Part shown: piece by piece, positions 1 through 11,700 of the stretch | How positions within the stretch are numbered: position 1 is the stretch's first letter | How the letters are laid out: every line of letters starts with the position of its first letter | NCBI GenBank assembly: GCA_951406725.2 | Contig: OX597839.1 | Coordinates: 23,746,001 to 23,810,000, forward strand | DNA length: 64,000 bases | Direction: 5' to 3' | Source: Octopus vulgaris | Lineage: Eukaryota | Notes under the pieces: model-generated | What the model was told of the DNA's origin: nothing | Databases searched by the model: none | Seen by the model: only the letters and a program-made list of their open reading frames with translations | Translations under genes and position numbers: made by a program

Positions 1-391
1 ATGGCAACAAAGTACACAGCTTAACCACCCATCCATACTCACACCCACCACTTTAATTATATAAATAGACCATTAAACAGTGCAGGTGAAGGACATCCAG
101 TTTCTATTTCTGGTCGAATTAATTCATTGAGTTCTTCACGGTTGACTGCATCAAGGCGTAACTGAACACGTGAATCAGGTCCATTGACATATTCCGTATT
201 CCATATTTCCTTTTGACGTTACTATAGCCATTCATTGGTGGTGTTGTTGATAAGGTCACGCTGTCTGCCGTATGACTGCTGCAGGCCATTGGTCAATAGC
301 ACAGCAACCAATGCTTTTCATTGGTTCCTTGTATTTCGGTCCAAGTGAATGCCTTTACACGTTTCTCTCAGGGTGAGAAATTATTGATTTG

Positions 392-423
<32 letters not shown>

Positions 424-1460
424 GGTGGTGGTGGTGGCGGCGGCAGCGGCGGTGGCGATGTTGTTGATGGTGGTGGTGGTGGTGGTGGTGGTGGTGTTGT
501 TGTCGTTATAGTTGCTGCTGTTATTGTTGTTTTTGCTGCAACCATTGTTGTTTAAACTAGAGCCAGATCAGTCCTGAAGAAGTCGCTCAATGATCAAAAC
601 ATATTCCAGCCATGACCATCCCATCTAAGAACAACAACGAGCAATGTATTCTTCCTCTATTTTTCTAAAAACAGTAGAGTACAATTTGAAGGACACTTAA
701 TTACTATCTCTAGCAAGTCAGGTGTAGGGGGCTGCTGCATTAGAACTAACATCTTTAGGGATATGGCGGGTGACACTTCATAGTCACTCAGCTTGCCAGA
801 AATAGCAACCAAATCTCACTGAAATCACAGCTTATCCTCTTAAAAAAAAGGACATACTGGAAAGTACAGTAAATGAGATCAACCCTTGTACTTCACTGGT
901 ACTTTATTTTATTGACCCTGGAGGGTATTGGTAAGATTTGAACTCAAGAATTTTTTCACTTGATTCAGTCGTTAGATTGTAGCCATACTGGGGCACCGCC
1001 CTGAAGAATTTTAGTCAAAGAAATCGACCCCAGTGCCTATTCTGTTGGTGTCTTTTGTCTAACTGCAAAATTACAGATGTAAACACACCAACATTGGTTG
1101 TCAAGTGGTGGCGAGGGACAAACACACACACACACACACACACATATTTATACGAATGTTGTAGTTTGCTTGAATCATTGTAATAACAAAGAATGTAAAA
1201 CGAGAGAAAATAAACGGTTTCTGAAAATGTAGAAAGCTTATTGAAACCTTTATATTTTGGTTTCAAAGTCCCATATTCATAAGCAAAAAACAGTCAAAGA
1301 AAAGTTTGAATTGATCAACAGATCCTACATGACTGGGCTTTTCTTAGACTGTTCCATTCTTCTGAAGATGGGACTTTGAGCCCAAAATATTTAACTTTCC
1401 ACATTGTCAGGAACTATTTTCTCTTCTTTTACATTCTTCTATATATATATATATATATGA

Positions 1461-1845
1461 TGTGGAGGCGCAATGGCCCAGTGGTTAGGGCAGCGGACTC
1501 GCGGTCGTAGGATCGCGGTTTCGATTCCCAGACCGGGCGTTGTGAGTGTTTATTGAGCGAAAACACCTAAAGCTCCATGAGGCTCCGGCAGGGATGGTGG
1601 TGTTCCCTGCTGTACTCTTTCACCACAACTTTCTCTCACTCTTACTTCCTGTTTCTGTTGTACCTGTATTTCAAAGGGCCGGCCTTGTCACTCTCTGTGT
1701 CACGCTGAATATCCCCGAGAATTACGTTAAGGGTACACGTGTCTGTGGAGTGCTCAGCCACTTACACGTTAATTTCACGAGCAGGCAGTTCCGTTGATCG
1801 GATCAACCGGAACCCTCGTCGTCATAACCGACGGAGTGCTTCCAA
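1461..1845 (+). mobile_element. tRNA-derived SINE (head shared with the 14495-14788 family)
   Basis: Box A TGGCCCAGTGG and box B GTTTCGATTCC; related copies at 13822-14095(-), 33080-33375, 33395-33700, 42485-42810. Resembles the octopus OR-type SINEs. Confidence 0.8.
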
Positions 1846-1850
1846 TATTT

Positions 1851-2125
1851 ATATGAGGTCTAATCAGTAAGTATCCGGACTGTTGCCATAGTAACAAAGC
1901 TAAAGCACGCAGAGTAAAGCCACTAGGCAGAGATTGACCTTCAACTCTGCTGTGCATACGCACTAAGTTTTAACATTCTAGCTCATCTCTGCTGTTTACA
2001 GCAGTGCTTGGCAGTTATGTGTTCATCGCACTGACCATAATAGAAAGTTGAGCAGAGAATCTGAATCAAATTTTGCTAAAAGCTTGGCGATACCCACTCA
2101 GAGGCCTATGCAAAGTTTTTCAAAA
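1851..2125 (+). mobile_element. mariner element 5' end (TIR + transposase N-terminus), degenerate
   Basis: TA followed by TGAGGTCTAATCAGTAAGTATCCGGAC TIR-like start; reads VEQRI*IKFC*KLGDT. Confidence 0.7.
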
Positions 2126-2515
2126 AGTTTCATTGTTCTCGACACAATCAAGGAGATCTTGTGCAACTGAAACCCATGTGTCTTTTTTAAAGAAGTTTTG
2201 GCACAACTTGGCAGACACGCATCTCATACCCAAATCCTCAGTAATAATAGACTCAACTGAACTCTAACTAATCTGCACATCCTCTGAAGACTCATGGCTG
2301 GTGATTCAACGACTTCCCCTCACATCTGCAAACACATCTGTGAGGTTTTTCTCAGTTCTGCTGGTTGTGGGTCTCCCAAAAAGTTTGTTGATATCAAAAT
2401 AGTTTTTGGCCATCTTGGAAACGTCTGAACCACTAGTATACTTGTGTGCAGCTCATAGACTCCTCTCCATACACTTTCTGCAACTGCGCATAGGCCTATG
2501 AGCAGGTATTGCCAT
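2120..2515 (-). mobile_element. mariner transposase N-terminal fragment, degenerate
   Basis: Minus strand reads AYAQLQKVYGEESMS..VY*WFRRFQDG..GRPTTSRT..IITEDLGMRCVSAK. Confidence 0.75.
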
Positions 2516-2897
2516 AACAGCTTCTTCTATCGTGGTCAATGTGATGATCATATGCTACACAAGTTCCTTCCAAGCAAAATTCTTACCACACAGCCATGAG
2601 AGAGACAGAGTGTCTTTCTTGCTAGATGTTAATATAAAATATATTTCTGACGAAGAGCTCCGCTCGAAACATGAAATCCTTTCTTTTCTTTCCATGTTCT
2701 TGCATTGTTGTTTTTTCTTGCTTGCTCATGTTTGGATTAACTATGTGTGTGTGTGTGTGTGTGTCTGTGTGTGTGTGTGTGTCTGTGTGTATATGTGTGT
2801 GTATATATATATGTGTATGTATATATATATGTATATATGTATTTATATATATGTGTGTATGTATATATATATATGCATATATATATATATGAGTGTG

Positions 2898-2956
<59 letters not shown>

Positions 2957-3212
2957 CACATACATACATATATATGTGTATGTCTGTTTCTTTGTGTCCG
3001 TCTTTGTCCTCCCACCATCATTTGACAACTGATGTTGATGTGTTTAGATCCCTATAACTTAGCAGCTCAGCAAAAGAGACCGATAGAATAAGTCCTAGGC
3101 TTACAAAGAATAAGTCCTGGGATCGATTTGTTTGACTAAAGGCAGTGCTCCAGCATGGCTGCAGTCAAATAACTGAAACTTGTAAAAAAATAAAAGAATA
3201 TATATATATGAA

Positions 3213-3247
<35 letters not shown>

Positions 3248-3257
3248 AATATATATA

Positions 3258-3432
3258 GGCGCAGGAGTGGCTGTGTGGTAAGTAGCTTGTTTACCAACCA
3301 CATGGTTCCAGGTTCAGTCCCACTGCGTGGCACCTTGGGCAAGTGTCTTCTACTATAGCCTCGGGCCGACCAAAGCCTTGTGAGTGGATTTGGTAGACAG
3401 AAACTGAAAGAAGCCCGTCGTATATATGTATG

Positions 3433-3479
<47 letters not shown>

Positions 3480-3529
3480 ATATGAGGGCTGGCCTGCTAG
3501 ATATTAATTTATCTCCCTCAATTTTTAAA

Positions 3530-3571
<42 letters not shown>

Positions 3572-3790
3572 TGCGTGTGTTTGTGTGTCTGTGTTTGTCC
3601 CCCGTAGCATTGCTTGACAACCGATGCTGGTGTGTTTATGTCCCCGTTACTTAGCGGTTTGGCAAAAGAGACCGATAGAATAAGTACTGGGCTTACAAAA
3701 GAATAAGTCCCGGGGTCGAGTTGCTCGATTAAAGGCGGTGCTCCAGCATGGCCACAGTCAAATGACTGAAACAAGTAAAGGAGTAAAAAG
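3258..3790 (+). mobile_element. Bipartite tRNA-derived SINE with central (TA)/(TG) microsatellite (family A)
   Basis: GGCGCAGGAGTGGCTGTGTGG...GGTTCAGTCCC head and GACTGAAACAAGTAAA tail; about 20 full or half copies in the window. Confidence 0.85.
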
Positions 3791-4220
3791 AGTATATGAA
3801 TGCAAGCTCACACACACAAACACACACATATACACATGCACACACACACAGATATACGTATAGATAGACATATACAGAAAATAAGAGACAGCAAGGAAAG
3901 TGAGGGAGACATACACATATATATCTATACGTGTGCATATGCGAGTGTACGCATATGTGTATGTATATGTATACATGTGTGAGTGTGAGAGAGTAGATCT
4001 GTACTTGCATGCGTATGCACGAGCTTATATGCATGTGTGCATATGCGTATGAAGGGCAGCTGTTAGTCTGTATATGTGCATGTGCATATGCGTAAGTGCG
4101 TGTGCATATGTGTTTGTGTAAACATTCAGGTGCATATCGATCTATCATGAAGCCGTCTTCATATTTCATTGTATGCGTTCTATATTACAGGTGCTCTGGC
4201 GTCTCAAACACGGATATCTA

Positions 4221-5016
4221 AAAGGCGGCGAGCTGGCGGAACCGTTAGCACGCCGGGCGAAATGCGCAGCCGTATTTCGTCTGCCGTTACGTTCTGAGTT
4301 CAAATTCCGCTGAGGTCGACTTTGCCTTTCATCCTTTCGGGGGTCGATTAAATAAGTACCAGTTACACACTGGGGTCGGTATAATCGACTAAATCCGTTT
4401 GTCTGTCCTTGTTTGTCTTCTCTGTGTTTAGCCCCTTGTGGGTAGTAAAGAAATAGGTATTTAGGGTTAGGGTTTGTTTGCCTTTACGCTCTAAGTTCAA
4501 ATTCCGCTGAGGTCGACTTTGCCTTTCATCCTTTCGGGGTCGATTAAATAAGTACCAGTTACATACTGGGGTCGGTATAATCGACTTAGTCCATTTGTCT
4601 GTCCTTGTTTGTCTTCTCTGTGTTTAGCCCCTTGTGGGTAGTAAAGAAATAGGTATTTCATCTGCCGTTATGTTGTGAGTTCAAATTCCGCCAAGGTCGA
4701 CTTTGCCTTTCATCCTTTCGGGGTCGATTAAATAAGTACCAGTTACACACTGGGGTCGATATAATCGACTTAATCTGTTTGTCTGTCCTTGTTTGTCCTC
4801 TCTGTGTTTAGCCCCTTGTGGGTAGTAAAGAAATAGGTATTTCGTCTGCCGTTACGTTGTGAGTTCAAATTCGCCGAGGTCGACTTTGCCTTTCATCCTT
4901 TGGGTCGATTAAATAAGTACCAGTTACACACTGGGGTTGGTATAATCGACTTAATCCGTTTATCTGTCCTTGTTTGTCCTCTCTGTGTTTAGCCCCTTGT
5001 GGGTAGTAAAGAAATA
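4221..5016 (+). mobile_element. SINE family B, four head-to-tail units
   Basis: GGCGGCGAGCTGGC head, GAGTTCAAATTCC box B, central GTCGACTTTGCCTTTCATCCTTTCGGGGTCGAT domain (Meta/MESC-like); GATATCTA flanks the array (4213-4220, 5017-5024). Confidence 0.85.
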
Positions 5017-5461
5017 GATATCTATCTATAGACATGTACACACATATCATACACACACACACACACACATTCTTTTATTCTTATAAGCTTTTACTTGTTT
5101 CAGCCATTTGACTGCAGCCATGCTGGAGCACTGCCTTTAGTCAAATAAATCCACCCCAGAACTTATTGTTTGTAAGCCTAGTACTTATTCTATCAGTCTC
5201 TTTAGCCAAACCACTCAGTTATAGGGACGTAAACACACCAATATCAGTTGTCAGGCAATGGTGGAGGGACAAATACATACATACATATATACATATACAT
5301 TCGTTTATTTGCTACTCCGATTTTGCGTATGCGAATCGCAGGGTTTGTCGTATATGGAACCTCCACTTATAGAAAATGGAAAAAACAGTCTTTGACTGCC
5401 ATTTCTAATTCCTTCGGTATGCGGTGAAGCAGCCTGTTGCCCGCCCTTTTAATTATTTTTA

Positions 5462-5514
<53 letters not shown>

Positions 5515-5639
5515 GACAGGCTTCTTTCAGTTTCCATCTACCAAATCCACTCGTTATGCTTTGGTCAGCCCAAGGCTATAGTAGAAGACACTTGCCCAAG
5601 GTGCCAAACTTCTTACCACACAGCAATGCCTACACTTAC

Positions 5640-5990
5640 ATGTGTATGTATGTATGTATGTATGTATGTATGTATGTGTGTATGTATGTATGTTTGTATG
5701 CATGCATGTATGTATGTGTGTGTATGTATGTATGTATGTATGTATGTGTGTGTGTATGTATGCATGCATGCATGTATGTATGTATGTATGTATGTGTGTG
5801 TGTTGTATGTATGTATGTATGTATGTATGTATGTATGTATGTATGTATGTATGTGTGTATGTATGTATGTTTTTATGCATGCATGTATGTATGTATGTAT
5901 GTGTGTATGTATGTATGTATGTATGTATGTATGTATGTATGTATGTATGTATGTATGTATGTATGTATGTATGTATGTATGTATGTATGT
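5640..5990. repeat. (TATG)n microsatellite
   Basis: Direct reading. Confidence 0.95.
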
Positions 5991-6454
5991 ATATATATAT
6001 ATATATGAATGTGTGTGTGTGTGTATATGAATGTGTGTGTATATATATATATATATATATGTATATAGTGAGTGTGTCTGTATATGTATGTATATGTATA
6101 TTTATGCATATATATATAGATAGATATTTACACACGCACTCACATGCACACACACATGCATTCATGTGCTTATCGACATATATGCTAGCATGAAAGGCAG
6201 ACTTTAAAATGACAATAATAATAATGCACATACATATATACACATACTTATACAGATGCTATCAGGTGTGCATAAGAGGTCTGTGTACATAGGTTTGTGC
6301 TCCTTCTTTGTGTGTGTGCGCGTGCGTGTACTTGGGTGTGTACAATGCGTGTGCAATGTATAAGCTGTGTGCATGTTGTAAGTTGAGATGTTTTAGTGTA
6401 AAGTCTTAGAGGAGAGTAGAGATCAAAACGTGCACTACGAGAATGGAAACTAGT

Positions 6455-6920
6455 AATGGTGGTGGCAGCAGTGGTGGCGGTGGTGGTGGCGGTGGTGGTG
6501 GTGGTGGTGGTGGTGGTGGTGGTGGTGGTGGTGGTGGTGGTGGTGGCGGCGGCGGCGGTGGTGGTGGCGGCGGTCGTGGTGGTGGTAGTGGTGGTGGTGG
6601 TGATGGTGTTGGCGGTGGTAGTGGTGGCGGTGGTCGTGGTGGTGCCGGTGGTGGCGGCGGTGGTGGCGGCAGTGGTCGTGGTGGTGGTAATGGTGGTGGT
6701 GGTGGTGGTGGTGGTGGCGGTGATGGCGGTAGTGGTTGTTGTGGCTGCGGCAGTGGCGGTGGTGGTGGCGGTGGCGGCGGCGGCGGTGGTGGTAGTAGCG
6801 GTGGTGGCGGTGGTGGTGGTGGTATGGTGGTGGCGGTGGTGGTGGTGGTGGTGATGGTGGTGGTGGTGGCAGTGGTGGTGGTGGTGGCGGTGGTAGAAGT
6901 GCCAGTAGAGGCAGTGGTGG
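6455..6920. repeat. (GGT/GGC)n microsatellite
   Basis: Direct reading. Confidence 0.95.
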
Positions 6921-7113
6921 GGTTTGAACTGAGAGAAAGGGAAAGAGAAAGAACAAACGAGAGAAAGAGAGAAATAACAAAATAGAAGGAAATGAAAAAG
7001 TGTTACTTATCTCCATACCTTCGTCATCGTCATCGGTAACGCCCTCCCTTCCCCCATCTTTACCTATTTTCACAATCCCATCATCACGCATTGCTCTCCC
7101 TCTCTCTCTCCAC

Positions 7114-7160
<47 letters not shown>

Positions 7161-7635
7161 AAATTAAGAGAAATTTTATATGTATATATATATATATATA
7201 TATACCAATTAAGGACTGAACACGAAAAGTGGACAGTCAACATGCTAGAAATAGACGTCAAATCGCCATTCTCCACAAAAGATTTGACGTCTATATCTAT
7301 TTTTCGTGTTCAGTCCTTAATTGGTATATATAAATATTTTAATCTTCGGATTCTTTTTTAATATGCTAGACCACTGGTTTTAATTGATAAATATCAATTT
7401 CTACCCTTAATTAATTTTATATATATATATAATAAAATATTAGGGAATAAATCCAAATTTACAGGGGAAAATCAGATTTAGGATTGAATCCAATTTTATA
7501 GTAAAATATTATATAATATTAATTAGAGACATAACCACTATTTTGTAAATCAAACAAGGAAAGACTTACAAAATAGTGGTTATGTCTCTAATTAATATTA
7601 CATATATATATATATATATAAAATTAAGAGAAATT

Positions 7636-7691
<56 letters not shown>

Positions 7692-8224
7692 AATGAGATG
7701 AAGTGTATATATATATACACTTCATCTCATTCCTCTTTATGATTGTCACCTTCAATGCCACCCTCTCCTTCTTCTCCACCTCTCCTCCTCCTCCTCCTCA
7801 TTCATCTTCCTCCATCGCTTTTCTACTAAATGTCTTCCCTCTTCAGAAACCATCATCCTCCACTCGTTATTCCACATCCTACCCGTCACCATCACAACCA
7901 CCTTCCTCATTTTTACAAACATCACTACCACCACTACTGCTACAACAACCACCATCACTACCACTACTGCTACCACAACTACCGCCACCGCCGCTGCCGC
8001 CACTATCCACCGCCACCACCACCACCACTACTACTACTACTACTAACACAATGAAAGAAATTATTTGTTATGGCAATTTATGTTCTGGGTTCAAATTCTG
8101 CCGTGATCAGCTTTACCTTTCATCCTTCCAGGGTCAATGCAAAAAGTGCCAGTCGAACACAAGAGTTGATTTAATTGACTGTCCTTGTCCCCTTTTTAGG
8201 TATTGTACCTATGGTAGAAAGGAT

Positions 8225-8567
8225 CCCTCAGTGATTAATCCATTCCATTGGAGGTAAACCCCCAACTCCTTATGTCTGTCTTTGTCCCCTTCGCCCGTCA
8301 CATGGTAAATAAAAGAAATCATTCTGTAAGCTGGAGCAGTTGAGGGAAAGAGGGGTGCCTACTTGGCATGCCCTTGACAGTTAGGATGACCAGGATGTGT
8401 GGGGTGCCCTGATTGGACCTGGTTGAAACTCTCCCCATTGGGCAATTTTGTTGTTTTATTATTTTTTTTTGTTTTTTATTGTTTTCTGTTTTAAACCCCA
8501 CTTGTCCCTTGTTTTTTATTGTCCCTTTATGTTTTTGTGTTTGGCCATTGTGACCAATAAAGAAAGG
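8225..8567 (+). mobile_element. One or two stacked LINE-like (Tx1/L1-like) 3' ends
   Basis: Two T-rich segments each ending in AATAAA(A)GAAA, inserted in a SINE tail between two AGAAAGG copies. Confidence 0.4.
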
Positions 8568-8591
8568 ATTATAATTATTATTATTATTATT

Positions 8592-8760
8592 GGCTTTGCA
8601 CAGCTTCTAACACTGGAGATGTACTATGGTGTCAGCTGTTTACCAGTGAACTAAGGTAACACCTCTTATTTTTTGAGCACCTTCCGGAGTATTCAAGCAG
8701 TTCTAAGCAGTGCTGTTTTCTGCAAGTGCTCCACCTTGAACAAATAGGGGCTGCAATAAG
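8592..8760 (-). mobile_element. 3' end of a second R4/Dong-like family
   Basis: Minus strand reads VEHLQKTALLRTA*ILRKVLKK*, the R4/Dong C-terminal motif, followed by a short UTR and (TAA)n. Confidence 0.7.
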
Positions 8761-8792
8761 GGTGGATTATTATTATTATTATTATTATTATT

Positions 8793-11700
8793 CAGTAGTT
8801 TTATTTTTATAGCGTGCTTTCACTTCACTACCGAGCGCAGCTCTGTGTGCCTTGGGTATGTGCTGTGATTTGTTGTGATGCTCTGATGGTTATTGTATGG
8901 AAAGTGTTCTGCATAGGATGTGTGCAGTACCCAGTAGTGCAATTTTCTGTATGTTATATGTCTTTGTAAGTCCTGGTGTTTTTGTTATGTATTTGTCTGA
9001 ATATTTTTTTATCATGCCTAATGCACCTATTATGATAGGAATTGTTTCTGTTTTTAGATTCCACATTCTGGTTACCTCTATTTCCAGGTCTCTGTATTTT
9101 GAAAGTTTCTCCATTTCTTTTAGAGACATGTTGTCATCTGCCAGTATTGATACATCAATTAGAAAGCATTTTTTTCTTCATGATCTCTGACAACTATATC
9201 TGGTCTGTTGGCCTTAATTTCTCTATCTGTGTGTATTGGCATATCCCAGAGTATGGTTGCTTTCTCGTTTTCTGTGACCTTTTCTGGTGTGTGCCTATAC
9301 CATCTTTTTTCTGTTGTTATTTCCATAATGTTGGCATAGCTTCCAGTGTATGTAGGTTCCCAACTCTGTCGTGTCTGTGAATATATTCCTTCTTAGCCAG
9401 GACTGGTCAGCCAGGGATAATCTGATTTATTGTTTCTTGTCCATCTCCACATATTCTGCAGTTACTTGTTATATTTCTTTTCATTACATGTTTTTGGTAA
9501 TTTCTGGTGGGAGGCTTTCGTCTTGTGCTGCAATTAAAAATCCCTCTGTCTCTGCTTTGAGTCCTGAGCTTCTCAACCATTGCTGGGATTTTTCTTTGTC
9601 TATTTCTTTTGCATTTAGTTTAGTCCAGTATTTGCCATGAAGGGGCTTTTCTTGCCATCGTTTTATCATGGTTCATTGCTGTTCTATTTTTAGTTTGGAT
9701 TTCATTTGTTTTATAGCTTTTGTTGTCTTCTTCTTCTTCTTCTTCTTCTTCTTCTTCTTCTTCTTCTTCTTCTTCTTCTTCATATTTGTTAGGTGGTATG
9801 ATTTCTTGTTTGTATTTGTCAGCTTCCTTAAATACTGAGAACAGTTTTTTGTTTTGCTCGTGTTTTGCCGCTATTTGTATCAGTTTTCCTTCCTTCTGAA
9901 GTAGATATTTTTGCAGTCCTATGGTGGTTATTTTATAATAGTTTTCCAGCTGTATAAGGCCTCTACCACCTTCTATATGTTGTATGTATAGCCTTTCTAA
10001 GTCAGATTTTAGGTGATGCATTATTTTTCTTGTTTTCCTATCTATTTTGGTCAGTTCATTTAGTGTCCAGTTAAGGATATTGTAGCTGTAACTTATAACT
10101 GGGACGGCTAAAGTGTTGATACCTATTATCTTGTTTTTAGCATTGAGCTCTGTTTTCAGTATTGATCTAACTCGTCTGTAATATTCTTTTTTTATTTTCT
10201 CTTTCATTTGTGTGTGTTGTGTCTTATCTAGTTCATGGATTCCTAAGTATTTGTAAGTTTGGCTTTGGTCTAATTCTTTTATTTCATTGGCTTCATCTAG
10301 TTTGATGTTGCTACTCTTAACTAGTTTTCCTCTTTTCAGGGTTACTTTGGTGCATTTCTCCAATCCAAATTTCATATCTATTTCTTTGGTAAATCCATGA
10401 ACTGTCTTTAGTAGTGTTTCCAGCTGCTTGTCATTTGTGGCGTATAGTTTTAGGTCATCCATATATAAAAGGTGGCTGATCGTTTTGCCGTAACATTTAT
10501 ATCCGCATCCAGTTCTGTTTAGCATATCTGATAGAGGTGACAGTGCCAAGCAGAAAAGGAGTGGAGAGAGCGTGTCTCACTGGAATATTCCTCTTCTAAT
10601 GGGGATGGCTTTGGTTTTCACAAGTCCCTCTTTTGTTTGGAGCTGTAGCACTGTCTGCCATTTATTCATAGAGTGTCCTATGTATTTTATAATTGTTGGT
10701 GCAACTTTGTTAATGGCTAGTGTTTCGAGGATCCATGTGTGGGGGATGCTATCAAACGCCTTTTTGTAGTTGATCCAGGCCATACTGAGGCCTTTCTTCT
10801 TTCTGTGACTGTCTTCAGTTATGGCTTTATTGATCATTAGTTGATCTTTAGAGCCATATGAGCCTTGCGGCATCCTTTCTGCTCTTCTGGAAACAGGTTG
10901 TTTTCGTCCAGGTGCTTGTTCAACCTTTGCGATATCACTGCAGTAAATGCTTTGTACATTGTAGGGAGACAGGTTATGGGTCTGTAGTTTTCTGGTTTTG
11001 CTGTCTCATTTGATTTGGGAATTAAGATGGTTTTCCCCTTCGTGAGCCATTCAGGCATTGTCTCTGGCTCTGCCAGTATGTTGTTAAAGTTTTCAGCCAG
11101 CTTTTTGTGCATTCCTGTTAGATATTTCAACCAGAAGTTGGGGATTTTGTCATGCCCAGGTGCCTTCCAGTTGCTTAGTTTTGCAGTGCCTGGGTGACCT
11201 CTTCAGTTGTTATGGGGGTTCCAAAGTTGCTCAGATGCTGAGTTTGTTGTTTTAATACTCCTTTTTTTTGGTTGTTCGTTCGCCGACCATGTTTCTCGCC
11301 AGAATTCTTCCACTTCTTCTGCTGTTGGTGCTACAGTGATTTCTATTTTATTTTTGCCAAGTTCTTGGTAGAACTTTTTGGGGTTGGAGTTGAACTGTTT
11401 GTTTTGTTCAAAGAAACGTTGGCGTTTCTCGTACCGGCGGATCCTTTGTGCTTTGGCAAGGATATCTTGCTTTAGCTTTTCTTTTATCTCAGGTAAATCT
11501 TTTTCTGTGATGTTGTATTTGCGGAGTATTTTTGTTTTCTTTTTGTTGCTAAGTAGCGTTGATTGTCTACTGATTTCATTAAGAATCGACAGATCTTTTC
11601 TCATTTTTTGTATTTCGTTTTGGATGTTATTTATCCACAGGGTTTGTTTGGGTGGTGGTACTCCTGTTTGGATGGGTTTGAGTGAGTATCCAGCTTCTTT

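Noticed and set aside
58-215. Minus-strand peptide EIWNTEYVNGPDSRVQLRLDAVNREELNELIRPEIETGCPSPALFNGLFI
   Set aside because: In-frame stops immediately upstream, no good acceptor, no recognisable family.
1461-1540. tRNA gene
   Set aside because: Box A/B are present but the sequence continues into a multi-copy SINE body with no oligo-T terminator.
4461-4474. Telomere
   Set aside because: Only two TTAGGG units, interstitial.
6443-7091. Gly-rich, His-rich and Val-rich ORFs
   Set aside because: (GGT)n microsatellite open in several frames; no signal peptide or splice context.
9620-10549. Active reverse transcriptase gene
   Set aside because: Fragment of a LINE ORF with frameshifts, a stop in the FQGD motif and a substituted catalytic Asp.
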